The notes under the pieces are model-generated. The model was not told the DNA's origin. It made no database searches and saw only the letters and a program-made list of their open reading frames with translations. A program made the translations under genes and the position numbers. From Macrostomum lignano (lineage: Eukaryota), in contig NIVC01003348.1 in the NCBI GenBank assembly GCA_002269645.1, forward strand, positions 49,061 through 103,086: a stretch of DNA of 54,026 nt, read 5' to 3'. Shown here in pieces: positions 1 to 12,149 of the stretch. Every line of letters begins with the position of its first letter. Position 1 is the stretch's first letter.

Positions 1-1935
1 ACCATAGCTACAGGACCCATCAGTGTCCAATAAAGGACCATAGCTACAGGACCCATCAGTGTCCAATAAAGGACCATAGCTACAGGACCCATCAATGTCC
101 AATAAAGGACCATAGCTACAGGACCCATCAATGTCCAATAAAGGACCATAGCTACAGGACCCATCAGTGTCCAATAAAGGACCATAGCTACAGGACCCAT
201 CAGTGTCCAATAAAGGACCATAGCTACAGGACCCATCAATGCCCAATAAAGGACCATAGCCAAGAGGATCCATCAATGCCCAATAAAGGACCATAGCTAC
301 AGGACCCATCAGTGCCCAATAAAGGACCATAGCTACAGGACCCATCAATGCCCAATAAAGGACCATAGCCAAGAGGACCCATCAATGCCCAATAAAGGAC
401 CATAGCCAAGAGGACTCATCAATGTCCAATAAAGGACCATAGCTACAGGACCCATCAATGTCCAATAAAGGACCATAGCTACAGGACCCATCAGTGTCCA
501 ATAAAGGACCATAGCTACAGGACCCATCAATGCCCAATAAAGGACCATAGCCAAGAGGACCCATCAATGCCCAATAAAGGACCATAGCCAAGAGGACCCA
601 TCAATGCCCAATAAAGGACCATAGCCAAGAGGACCCATCAATGCCCAATAAAGGACCATAGCCAAGAGGACCCATCAATGTCCAATAAAGGACCACAGCT
701 ACAGGACCCATCAGTGTCCAATAAAGGACCATAGCCAAGAGGACCCATCAATGTCCAATAAAGGACCACAGCTACAAGACCCATCTATGTCCAATAAAGG
801 ACCACAGCTACAGGACCCATCAGTGTCCAATAAAGGACCATAGCTACAGGACCCATCAATGTCCAATAAAGGACCATAGCTACAGGACCCATCAGTGTCC
901 AATAAAGGACCATAGCTACAGGACCCATCAGTGTCCAATAAAGGACCATAGCTACAGGACCCATCAATGCCCAATAAAGGACCATAGCCAAGAGGATCCA
1001 TCAATGCCCAATAAAGGACCATAGCCAAGAGGACCCATCAATGCCCAATAAAGGACCATAGCCAAGAGGACTCATCAATGTCCAATAAAGGACCATAGCT
1101 ACAGGACCCATCAATGTCCAATAAAGGACCATAGCTACAGGACCCATCAATGTCCAATAAAGGACCATAGCTACAGGACCCATCAATGCCCAATAAAGGA
1201 CCATAGCCAAGAGGATCCATCAATGCCCAATAAAGGACCATAGCCAAGAGGACCCATCAATGCCCAATAAAGGACCATAGCCAAGAGGACTCATCAATGT
1301 CCAATAAAGGACAATAGCTACAGGACCCATCAATGTCCAATAAAGGACCATAGCTACAGGACCCATCAGTGTCCAATAAAGGACCATAGCTACAGGACCC
1401 ATCAATGCCCAATAAAGGACCATAGCCAAGAGGACCCATCAATGCCCAATAAAGGACCATAGCCAAGAGGACCCATCAATGCCCAATAAAGGACCATAGC
1501 CAAGAGGACTCATCAATGTCCAATAAAGGACCATAGCCAAGAGGACCCATCAATGCCCAATAAAGGACCATAGCTACAGGACCCATCAGTGTCCAATAAA
1601 GGACCATAGCTACAAGACCCATCTATGTCCAATAAAGGACCACAGCTACAGGACCCATCAATGCCCAATAAAGGACCATAGCCAAGAGGATCCATCAATG
1701 CCCAATAAAGGACCATAGCTACAGGACCCATCAATGCCCAATAAAGGACCATAGCCAAGAGGACCCATCAATGCCCAATAAAGGACCATAGCCAAGAGGA
1801 CCCATCAATGCCCAATAAAGGACCATAGCTACAGGACCCATCAATGCCCAATAAAGGACCATAGCCAAGAGGACCCATCAATGCCCAATAAAGGACCATA
1901 GCCAAGAGGACCCATCAGTGTCCAATAAAGGACCA
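1..1935. repeat. Minisatellite of 36-bp and 37-bp unit variants (ACCATAGCTACAGGACCCATCAGTGTCCAATAAAGG / ACCATAGCCAAGAGGACCCATCAATGCCCAATAAAGG), in the Dopey intron after exon 6
   Basis: The unit recurs at positions 1, 37, 73 ... 181. The ORF-track peptides here are repeat translations. Confidence 0.97.
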
Positions 1936-1979
1936 AGTTATTAAACGTTATTCAAGTTCAATAGATTCACAGATCCTAC

Positions 1980-2527
1980 CTGCAAACAATCAATCTTTCG
2001 ATTGTACAGGCACATGTGCGAAAACAGCGGATGCACGCTTCGCTCAACTTGAGCCAAAGAGGCTGTGATCAATTCTTCGATAATGTCGTTGACAACAGAC
2101 ACGGCCTCGGGCTGGGGCACAGAACTCCAGATGAAGCCACACGAGCAGGCGGCGTTGGAGTCGCTTCTCTATTACTATTGCTACTACTACTAACAGCAGC
2201 TGATTCAGTAGTATCTGCAACATTTTTATCTTCAATAGAGTTAGCCTCGATGGAGTCCGTATCCGTCTCGTTGACCGAGGCTTCGTCTAGCGGGTTGATT
2301 CTCAATCGGAATGAAGCTGCAGATGCTGATGAGGCGCCGCCGCCTAGCAACCGCACTGGCGCAGCCGAGGTGGCGGTGGCCAACAGTTGAACAGCTGATC
2401 GACTCCTTCCAGCCGATGAAGCGGTGCCCGAAGAGCCGCTTGACGATGGATTTGCTAGCGAAGATGCCTGATGATTGCTGGTGCCGTCGGTGGCCCTGGC
2501 TGGCGACTGGTTGACCCGATAGATTAC
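1980..2527 (-). CDS. DOP1: Dopey exon 6, with a 1-nt frameshift near 2114-2117
   Basis: Acceptor ctcag|GTAATC at 2528/2527 and donor TGCAG|gtagg at 1980/1979. Reads VIYRVNQSPA... and, after the shift, PEAVSVVNDIIEELI...HPLFSHMCLYNRKIDCLQ, resembling Dopey HPL..H.LLY...D. Confidence 0.8.
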
Positions 2528-2635
2528 CTGAGATTATGGGGGATTAAGGCGTTGATAGTCACGATTTAGAAGGATTTGGGATAAAGTTGCTGAATAATTA
2601 CAAAAGGTCACATCCCACCACTACTGAATACGCAA

Positions 2636-3178
2636 TCTTAAAATCTCACCCATACTCATATTGCATACAGGATCTCAAAATCTCAAACTTAAAGCTAAGC
2701 AATCTTAAAATCTCACTTAGTCTCACCTTGAAAGCTAAGAGATCTCAAAATCTCATTCCAAAAGCTAAGAGATCTTAAAATCTCACCCTTAAAGCTAAGA
2801 GATCACAACATCTAACCCTTAGACCTAAGCAATCTCAAAACCTCACTCTTTAAGCTAAGAAATCTCAAAATCTCACTCCTAAAGCTAAGAGATCTCAAAA
2901 ATTTTTTAAGTTAAGAGATGTCAAAATCTCACCCTAAAGCTAAGTCATCTCAAAATGTCACCCTGAAAGCTAAGAAATATCAAAATCTCACCTTAAAGCT
3001 AAGCCATCTCAAAATCTCACGCTTAAAGCTAAGAAATATCAAAATCTCACCCTTAAAGCTAAGAAATCTCCAAAATCTCACCCTGAAAGCTAAGAAATCT
3101 CCAAAATCTCATCCTTAAAGCTAAGAAATCTCCAAAATCTCACCTTGAAAGCTAAGAAAACTCAAAATCTCACCCTAT
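2636..3178. repeat. About 30-bp minisatellite (AAAGCTAAGAGATCTCAAAATCTCACCCTT) in Dopey intron 5
   Basis: Visible degenerate tandem units running up to the donor at 3183. Confidence 0.9.
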
Positions 3179-3183
3179 CTTAC

Positions 3184-3948
3184 CTTCCCAGTGCCGTCGC
3201 TTTCAATACCGACAATTCGCGCCTCTTCAACATCCCAACGCGACGTGGACGCGCCGCCGCCGCCATTCGCCGATGAGCCATTTTTTAGCGGACGCTTCCT
3301 CGGCAATTCTATCGACGCTGAGCCGAGCAGCTTTCGGAGACAGCAGCAGAGCTAACAATGGATTCAACAGTCGATGCAGCTGTCCCATTCTCATCGCGTG
3401 CTCAGCCCAATCCACTACTATCTTCTCCAAGGCGTGTCCTGAGCCGACAAAATGTAACAGAGCTAGCAGGCATCTGGGCAGCTGAGGCGCCCGATCCGGC
3501 TTCATCAGAAGCCATAGCGATGCGAATCTTTTATGAGCATCAGCTTGATCGCCCTGTTCGCTGCCAGTTTCCTTAGCAACAAATCTTCGCAGATTTCCGG
3601 CACCGATTGGCACAGTTCGGCGAATAGACTCGCCGCGGCGCGTTGATCAGCCGGTTCGGCGCCTGGCGCCAAATCTGACCAGAGCGCCTCTCCTAGAAGA
3701 CAATAAAGTTGGCTAGATTGAAGCCAGGCAAGGGCCACTGGCGGAAGAGTTGGAAATGAAACCGCTACGACTTTAGTAGAGGCTGCAGATGCCGATTGAT
3801 TTGAGGAAGCGACGGCGGTTGTAGAATCGGCTTCGAATTCGTGGCTAGCATCGGCTGCGGTGAGGCACTGAGCGGCTGCGAGCAGTTCTAGAAGGGCTCG
3901 AGTACTCGGATGACGGATGCTGGTCTCGCGGACAAAACAGCTGCTCAC
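3184..3948 (-). CDS. DOP1: Dopey exon 5, with two compensating 1-nt frameshifts near 3565 and 3281-3286
   Basis: Acceptor ctcag|GTG at 3949/3948 and donor AAG|gtaag at 3184/3183; 765 nt, phase 0/0. Motifs EICEDLL...AHKRFASLW...W...GQLHRLLNPLLALLLSPKAARLSV match the Dopey middle region (ICED...AH.KF..LW...RVLEPLL.LLLHPK..RVSV). Confidence 0.87.
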
Positions 3949-3984
3949 CTGAGCATTGATGAAGATTAGGATAGGTATAAACAC

Positions 3985-5058
3985 AAATCCCCACACTGCT
4001 CAAATTTATTTCCCCACACTGCTCAAGTTTATTTCCCCACACTGCTCAAGTTTATTTCCCCACACTGCTCAAGTTTATATCCCCATTGCTTAACTAAAAT
4101 CCCACACTGCTCAACTAAAATCCCACACTGCTTAACTAAAATCCCACACTACTCAACTAAAATCCACACTGCTCAACTAAAATCCCACACTACTCAACTA
4201 AAATCCCACACTGCTCAACTAAAATCCCACACTGCTCAACTAAAATCCCACACTGCTTAACTAAAATCCCACACTACTCAACTAAAATCCCACACTGCTC
4301 AACTAAAATCCACACTGCTCAACTCAAATCCCACACTGCTTAACTAAAATCCACACTACTCAACTAAAATCCCACACTGCTCAACTAAAATCCCACACTA
4401 ATCAACTAAAATCCCACACTGCTCAACTAAAATCCCACACTGCTCAACTAAAATCCCACACTGCTCAACTTAATTCCCACACTGCTCAACTAAAATCCCA
4501 CACTGCTCAACTTAATTCCCACACTGCTCAACTAAAATCTCACACTACTTAACTAAAACCCCACACTGCTCAACTAAAATCCCACACTGCTCAATGAAAA
4601 TCCCACACTACTTAACTAAAATCCCACACTGCTCAATGAAAATCCCACACTGCTCAACTGAAATCCACACTGCTCAACTAAAATCCCACACTACTTATCT
4701 AAAACCCTACACTGCTCAACGAAAATCCCACACTGCTCAACTGAAATCCACACTGCTCAACTAAAATCTCACACTGCTCAACTAAAATCCCACACTGCTC
4801 AACTAAAATCTCACACTGCTCAACTAAAATCCCACACTGCTCAACTAAAATCCCACACTGCTCAATGAAAATCTCACACTGCTCAACGAAAATCTCACAC
4901 TGCTCAACTAAAATCCCACACTACTCAACTGAAATCCACACTGCTCAACTAAAATCTCACACTACTTAACTAAAACCCCACACTGCTCAACTAAAATCCA
5001 TACTGCTCAATGAAAATCCCACACTGCTCAACGAAAATCCCACACTGCTCAACTAAAA
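3985..5058. repeat. 21-bp minisatellite (ACTAAAATCCCACACTGCTCA) filling Dopey intron 4
   Basis: About 50 visible tandem units. Confidence 0.96.
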
Positions 5059-5082
5059 TCGATCAAAGACACAAACACTCAC

Positions 5083-5775
5083 CAGCAGAGCCAGCACCCA
5101 CCGAGGCGCTGGCAGGTCAGCATTCTCTTCCTCATCGTCAAGATCAGCATCATCCTTGCCCTCGTCATTGGTGTCCTCAGAATCATCTTCAATTCCCAAT
5201 CCATTATTGACGTCGCGCAGAGGGCACGCGGCCACCCGGCCTAGCAGAGCTAGCAGAGATTCCAACGCTGCGGCAAAAGCTACACCGCTATCCGCCAGGG
5301 TCACGTGACCTCCCTCAGTAGAATCCGACCTCAATCTGGCTGGCGCATTAGCCAGCACAGTTCGGTCCAATCCCAGTTTAGTGAGGCACAATCGAAGATA
5401 AGCCAGTCTGCAAGCTTGAACAATCCTAGGATCCAACGGCTCAGAGGCGGCGCTGGCCAGCAGCTCCGAAGCCAGTCGAATAGCGGCTTCCAGCATGCCT
5501 GGACTGGTCTCCGGCAGGCGATTAGTTACTAACCGAAGCAGACGCAATAGCAACGGAGTCCAATCGTTAGCTAAGCATCGATTATGAGCCATTCTAGCCA
5601 GCGAGCACAGCTCCTCGCAGCGGGACCAGTCGGAAGCCAGTAGGTCGGCAAAGAACCGACAAAGGAAAGCGCCATCAAGGCTGCTAAGTAGGTGACCGAT
5701 CGAGGCTGAGGCGTCCTCCGGATTTGGTGCATCGCGCCAAAGGCGTAGCGCAGTTAACAGCGTGTCTGAGACGAT
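5083..5775 (-). CDS. DOP1: Dopey exon 4
   Basis: Acceptor tccag|ATC at 5776/5775 and donor CTG|gtgagt at 5083/5082; 693 nt open, phase 0/0 (IVSDTLL...PRWVLALL). Confidence 0.88.
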
Positions 5776-5889
5776 CTGGATATTATTGTTAACAAATATA
5801 TATACACCTCTGATTGCTAACTAAAACAAATTTAGGAACTATTATAGGATAATCCTTAATAATTAGCTAATCCCTGATTTGTAAGGGCC

Positions 5890-6325
5890 AATCCACTTCC
5901 GATTCTAAGAATAATCTCACTAATCCTAAGATAATCTCCCAAATTAATACTTTATGATAGTCTCCCTGATCCTTTAGGATAATTTCCCTAATCTTTTAGG
6001 ATAATTCCAAAAAAATTTCGGATAATCTCACAAATCCTTTAGGATAATCTCACAAATCCTTTAAAATGATCTCCCAAATACTTTAGGACAATCTCCTAAA
6101 TCCTTTTCGATAATCTCCCCAATCCTTCAGGAGTATATTCCAAATCCTTTAGGATAATCTCCCAAATCCTTTAGGATAATCTCCCAAATACTTTAGGACG
6201 ATCTCCCAAATCCTTTTCGGTAATCTCTCCCCAATCCTTCAGGAGTATCTTCCAAATCCTTTACGATAATCTCCCGAATTCTTTAGGATGATCTCCCTAA
6301 TCGTTTATGATAATCTCCTAAATCA
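5890..6325. repeat. Degenerate 22-24-bp minisatellite (AAATCCTTTAGGATAATCTCCC) in Dopey intron 3
   Basis: Recurrent atcctttaggataatctccc motif. Confidence 0.8.
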
Positions 6326-6402
6326 AGAGTAGGGGATAATCGTGTAGGCTCAAACCCCAGATAAGCCAGTCTTTCATGATGTACCTGTTCAACAAATCTC
6401 AC

Positions 6403-6589
6403 CTGTTGTCCAACAACCGGCCTCTCAATAAGAGACTGCAGCACTCGAAAAGCAGGCACAGGATCTGCAGCCTTCTGATTGGCAAATATTCGATAGGCCG
6501 CTATGCAGACGCTTCGGCCAACAAATCGATTGTTAGAAGCGGTGCCTCCGCCAGCTGAGGAAGCGGCAGAGGCGGCGTCATCTTGAACT

Positions 6590-6626
<37 letters not shown>

Positions 6627-6783
6627 TGGGACTGTTGCCTAGCAACCAGGCGTAGAAGCGCCGATTCAAAGAGGCGTCGCGTTTTAACAAAATGTTAAAA
6701 GCGGCAGCGCACAGTCTGGCCAAGTCGTCGCTGCCGAGGCGACTGGCGCTCAACGGGAACGCATTGAGCAGGAATTCCAGGGC
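6403..6783 (-). CDS. DOP1: Dopey exon 3, containing a poly-Gly tract
   Basis: Acceptor catcag|GCC and donor CAG|gtgaga; 381 nt. ALEFLLNAFP...LLKRDASLNRRFYAWLLG and PAFRVLQSLIERP match Dopey LLRRDMSLNRRLYAWLLG and KPFRILISLLDKP. Confidence 0.93.
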
Positions 6784-6914
6784 CTGATGAGAGTTTGGAT
6801 CAGAGTGTGTGGACGGGTTGGACTTCTGAAAACTGTACTTTTATATCTTAAGGAATTTCAAGACTAAAGTAAAGTTACAAGACAAGAGTAAATAAGATTG
6901 GAGTTGGCAAATAC

Positions 6915-7141
6915 CAATACTACTACTAACACTACTAATAATACTACTAATACTACTACTACTACCACTACTAATACTACTGAATACTACTACTACAACT
7001 ACTACTACTATTAATACTAATACTACTACTACTAATACTACTACTACTAATACTACTACTACTAATACTACTACTAATACAAGTACTAGTACTACTACTG
7101 CTACTACCACTACTAATACAAGTACTACTGATACTACTACA
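6915..7141. repeat. (TAC)n/(TAA)n trinucleotide microsatellite in Dopey intron 2
   Basis: Direct inspection. Confidence 0.95.
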
Positions 7142-7148
7142 AACGAAC

Positions 7149-7374
7149 CTGTCTCTGCACCAGTGTATTGTGATCGGCCAGCACAGCGCACAGACTGTCC
7201 ATCAGATTGCCCAACACTTGGCCCATTAAATCGTCTTGATCGTCCAACGATTTTCGTTTATCGTAGCAGGCCAGGACAAAGTTGAGGCCGGTGAGGCGGA
7301 CGCTGGGAGAATCGGACAGGACCCGCCAGAGCCCGGTGAAGAACACTGGAGGACTCACAGCTTTGGAGATGGAC
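7149..7374 (-). CDS. DOP1: Dopey exon 2
   Basis: Acceptor cgcag|G at 7375/7374 and donor CAG|gttcg at 7149/7148; phase 2 in, 0 out. FFTGLWRVLSDSPSVRLTG...LVQRQ matches Dopey FYSALWGSLL.SP.VRLPG...LVQR. Confidence 0.93.
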
Positions 7375-7489
7375 CTGCGATTGAGCCAGATTAGTGAGGT
7401 CTGCATGCTGTGACATATTGTGACATAACTCTTATCAATGTCTGTCTGTCTACTTAATCTAACTCAGGTCTACACTAGCCCGCCTTAAT

Positions 7490-8545
7490 GTCGCAGTCTC
7501 AATGTCTGTCACTAGCCTGCCTGAGTCTGTCATTAGCCTGTCTCAGTCAGTGTCTGCTAATTGGCCTGTCTTATTGTCAGCCATTAGTCTGTCTGTGTGT
7601 CTGCCATTAGCCTGTCTCAGTGTCTGCCATTAGCCTGTCTTAATGTCTGCCATTAGCCAGTCTCGATGTCTGTCATTAGCCGGTCTCAATATCTGCCATT
7701 AGCCAGTCTCAATGTCTGCCATTAGCCTGTCTGTGTGTCTGCCATTAGCCTGTCTCAGTGTCTGTCATTAGCTTCTCTTAATGGCTGCCATTAGCCAGTC
7801 TCAATGTCTGCCATTAGCCTGTCTGTGTGTCTGCCATTAGCCTGTCTCAGTGTCTGTCATTAGCTTGTCTTAATGTCTGCCATTAGCCAGTCTCAATGTC
7901 TGCCATTAGCCTGTCTGTGTGTCTGCCATTAGCCTGTCTCAGTGTCTGTCATTAGCTTGTCTTAATGTCTGCCATTAGCCAGTCTCAATGTCTGCCATTA
8001 GCCTGTCTGTGTGTCTGCCATTAGCCTGTCTCAGTGTCTGTCATTAGCTTGTCTTAATGTCTGCCATTAGCCAGTCTCAATGTCTGCCATTAGCCTGTCT
8101 GTGTGTCTGCCATTAGCCTGTCTCAGTGTCTGTCATTAGCTTGTCTTATTAATGGCTGCCATTAGCCAGTCTCAATGTCTGCCATTAGCCAGTCTGTGTG
8201 TCTGCCATTAGCCTGTCTCAGTGTCTGTCATTAGCCAGTCTCAATGTCTGCCATTAGCCAGTATGTGTGTCTGCCATTAGCCTGTCTCAATGTCTGCCAT
8301 TAGCCAGTCTCAATGTCTGCCATTAGCCAGTCTCAATGTCTGCCATTAGCCGGTCTCAATGTCTGCCATTAGCCAGTCTCAATGTCTGCCATTAACCAGT
8401 CTCAATGTCTGCCATCAGCCAGTCTCAATGTCTGCCATTAGCCAGTCTCAATGTCTGCCATCAGCCAGTCTCAATGTCTGCCATTAGCATGTCTCGATGT
8501 CTACCATTAGCCTGTCTCGATGTCTGCCATCAGCCAGTCTCAATC
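7490..8545. repeat. 23-bp minisatellite (GCCATTAGCCAGTCTCAATGTCT) with a 92-bp higher-order repeat, filling Dopey intron 1
   Basis: A block of four variant units recurs at 7741, 7833, and so on. Confidence 0.95.
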
Positions 8546-8547
8546 AC

Positions 8548-9074
8548 CTGAGCAGCTGTCCCACCCGATCCACATGATCGGAGGTCTCCTCCATCCCCGG
8601 CAGCAGTGCCAGCAACAGGCCGGGCAGGCATGGCCTCAAGGCGGGCCCCAACGGCAGCACAAATTCTTCGTACAACGAAATCAAAGGCAGCCGAATAGTC
8701 GAACCGCAATAAGCAAACAGCGGCAACAATCCGAACAGGTACAAGTGCAAGTTGCACTTTAAATCGGTACGCTGTACGCAGGAGAATACGGCCGAATAGC
8801 ATTCTAGCGTTTTCTCGTGCACACCGCTAGGCATATTCTGATGCAGGCACTGGGCCAGACGTTTGCATAGCATCAATTTGTGCGGAATCAGTTCGTATTG
8901 CCTATTAGCAATGATAGTCTTTGTTAAGCGAACCAGCAGAGGTATAGTATCCGCCCAGTCTGATGTGTTCTCAAACTGGCGCAGGATCTTCTCCATATCC
9001 GAGCTGTAGTTTCTATAGCGACGCTCCTTCTCTAGAGCCCTGATTGAGGACTCGTCCTCGAATGGATTCAACAT
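8548..9074 (-). CDS. DOP1: Dopey (DOP1/Pad1 family) exon 1, Dopey_N domain
   Basis: RYRNYSSDMEKILRQFENTSDWAD...KRLAQCLHQNMPSGVHEKTLECY...LPGMEE matches the conserved Dopey N-terminus (KYRNY...F....EWAD...KRLAQCLHPALP.GVH.KALE.Y...LPGLEE). Donor AG|gtgat at 8548/8547. Confidence 0.97.
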
Positions 9075-9259
9075 ACTTGGCGGGTCTGAAATTATTGATG
9101 AAATTGAAATGAAAAATTCTTGTCACTGTCATTGACGTCACTTATACTAAATCTAAATAAGAACGGTTTTTGTTCAGTGACAAATAACAGGGCTAAATGT
9201 AAATATTAGAAACACGTAACTGTGAGATATAGAAACAGACGATGCTATGGATGAATATG

Positions 9260-9380
9260 GAGATGTAAGATAGGGAAGAGGGAGAGGTAAGAGGTGGGAG
9301 GGAGATAGGGAGATGTGAGAGGGGGGAGGGAGATGTAAGAGGGGAGGGAGGTGTAAGAGTGGAACTGGGGGTGGGTGTGG
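9260..9380. repeat. GA-rich degenerate tandem repeat
   Basis: Repeated gggagatgtaagagg-like units. Confidence 0.7.
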
Positions 9381-10289
9381 AGAAGCTGATATATAACCTT
9401 AATAAGTCACGATAAAATGGATTATGCAAAGAAATAGACTAAAACAGTTATGAAACCATTGGGAGCCAGAATATTAAACTAATTCAGCTAGATAATTAGC
9501 TGCAAAACAATTTGGAATAAATTCCCAGAAAAACAGGTAAAAACCGCCCCCACAGTGCACTAAACCATAAAGAACATAATACATGACAGTCAAGAGAAAA
9601 AGTACAAAAAGTAAGCTGTACTGAGCTACACTATAAGGGCAACAGCTGCTCTCTCTACTTACTGTGTTTCAAAATAACTAATACTATACATAGCAACAAC
9701 TGTATGAGAGTAAACGATAAGTGAAAATCAGAGATTAACGGTACATTACCAATGAGATTTTTCGTCTACCCCTCTACCCTAAGAGCATACACAACTGTGT
9801 ACTCTTCAGAAAGACTGGGGTAAGAGAAATACATGCACTCAAGTTCTCAAACACCAAGACAGAAAGCAGACATTAAGTACCTTAAGCACTAAGGTACATT
9901 AATGGCTGGCTTCTGGTTTTATTTGTCCAATTTGTCCAACTATAAGAACGAATATGAATTTCTATCTGATTGAATATAGTTGATTATGTCCTAAACTGAA
10001 TGCTTGACTTCTTAAAAATGAAAAGTGCTCTAAGTGTGATATATCAAGAAAAGGATACATTCTTTTACTTTAAAGGCAATAAATTTTCGACACCTTAAAG
10101 TATTTTTAAGTAGTTTAAAGTCAAGAGAATAAAAATTATTATTGTTGCAAACTTTTATACAAACTTACAATTTTGCAAAAAATGAAACAGAACAAAATAA
10201 ACAACTGTAGATTTTTTCTGCCTGTCTTCTTCAAATTCTGCTGCACTTTATACAATGTCAACAAAAAAAATATCTTCTTTTTGCAGGCA

Positions 10290-10405
10290 ACCTCTGCTGG
10301 CAGTGGTTTCAAAGTGCTGCTGGATGCTGTAAACCATCTTTCTTTTACATTGAACAGCCTTGCAATGTCCTTTTGGTGTTCACCTCTTTCCAGTGCTTTG
10401 ATCAC
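10290..10405 (-). mobile_element. Relic of a Tc1/mariner-superfamily transposase N-terminal HTH
   Basis: VIKALERGEHQKDIARLFNV, then after a frameshift KMVYSIQQHFETT. This resembles the G.S..EIA..L.V...TV..I...F..TG pattern. No TIRs or catalytic domain were found. Confidence 0.4.
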
Positions 10406-11972
10406 AAGTTAATGGCATTCATTCAACAGCGTAGCATATGGTCCACAATTCTAGGGCTGATCTGCTCCACCACAACTGTTGCAAATGAAGCTATGGACTG
10501 AATTGATGCTTGTTGGACCAAATTAAATGCCACTGTACCAGCCTTGCTACCATAGACATAAGTTCCATTACATTGGCAAACTTATCTTGGATAAAATTAA
10601 ATGCATATAGGCCCAAATAGGATGAAAAAAACTATATTAACAAGCAACAAGAATAACAAAATATGTAAAATCCTAAAGCAGACCTCACCAGCAAAGAAGT
10701 ACATTCTAATTTCAGGATTTATTATATAAAAAACTGAAATTTTGAGTGCAATTAAACAAATTTTAATAGAAAATTTAGGAAAGAAATTGTATATACTCTA
10801 TATACCAGGCCTATTTTTTTAAATAAATATATATGAAACAACATCAATAAAATTACAATTTAATATTATACTAATATACAGCCATGCATTTGCTAAAATG
10901 AAAGGCCTTTTTGAATCATATATGCAAAGCTAAAAATAGTTTATGTATCAAAAGCATATATTTTATCTTATATATACACAACCTAAATTTTACCAATGAT
11001 AGTTAGATTGCTTGACCAGCAAATAATATGATATTGTGGCGGACAAGTGCAAGCGCACCTGAAGACGGCCATTTAGATGCCCTTGCACTCAACTGCTCAT
11101 CATGCCGCATCTATGCGCCACCAACCCCAGAGATTAGGGGTGGGGGTTTGCCCACCTAGCCTGAGCTACGTGGGGGTTGGGGTTGATTGACTAACTAGTG
11201 TGTTGGCCTATTTAACCTGATTGTGTGCAGACGCTTGTAAGAACCTTTTGCTCTCCGCAAATACAATTTCAAGTCTGCATGCAGTAGCTACTGCCCACTT
11301 CAATATATTTATATCTAGAGAGAATTTTATATTAATATGATTTATTATATATACAAATTAAATCTTTTTCCTTTTGGCTTAAATATTCAATGCGATTTTA
11401 TTTATGACTTGTTTGTTTTTTAATATTATTTTATCTCTTTATTTTTCTACTTTTTCTTATTTTCTTCATTTTATTTTTTTGATAAAAAGGATATTAGTTC
11501 TGCCTTTAAAACTATCTTATTGATGCCACAAAGCTATTGAAAGGGTATAATCCTTTCTCTTTTCAAATCCCAAAGATTGCCATCAAGTTGTTAAAAGGCT
11601 AATAGTTCTGTCTTCTAAAATGATCATACTAATGCAAAATCTTAATGTATTTTTTATGCTATACCTTGTATTAGTAGTGTAATATGTTAACAATGTTATA
11701 AGTAATCATTTATCTTAAAATAGTCAACTTGATATTTATAGTAAGTGAATCCAAGTTTTCCTTCTAGAATTTTCTATAACAGACTTCTTAATTATATCTA
11801 TGGTCTTCGACTCCCTTACCTGTACCACTAAGTTTTGTTTGAGCTATGCCAGTGCTAAATTATGTGTTAACCCCTTCTTTTGCTATCTTTCTCAAAACTC
11901 AATAAACGCCGATTTATTATAACTTAACAAGGCTTTCTTAATATAATATATAAAGCTAGTAGCCATGCTTAA

Positions 11973-12149
11973 GCACAACCTAGGGATTCACCTGGCCATT
12001 TCTATTGGCAACACACACATGTAAGTTGCTATTGGCTGAGAGCAATCACAAGATAACTATTTTGTCCAATAGCATCTTACATGTATATGTTGCCAATAGA
12101 AATGGCTGGGTGATATGTATTATGTAATATGTATTATCCTTAGGTTGCG
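11973..12149. mobile_element. Small foldback/MITE-like element
   Basis: Imperfect inverted repeat: cacctggccatttctattggcaacacacacatgtaagttgctattgg (11989-12035) versus the reverse complement of 12066-12112, plus outer gc(a/g)caacctagg arms. Confidence 0.6.

Noticed and set aside
345-1758. Many 69-105-aa ORFs (MAMVLYWALMG...)
   Set aside because: Translations of the 36/37-bp minisatellite.
9133-9140. CRE palindrome TGACGTCA about 60 nt upstream of the Dopey ATG
   Set aside because: A single 8-mer that lies upstream of a splice acceptor; it cannot be supported as a promoter element without TSS data.
11068-11100. CTGAAGA followed by a GGC...GCC stem, a second hammerhead candidate
   Set aside because: No GAAA after the stem and no NUH triplet in position.
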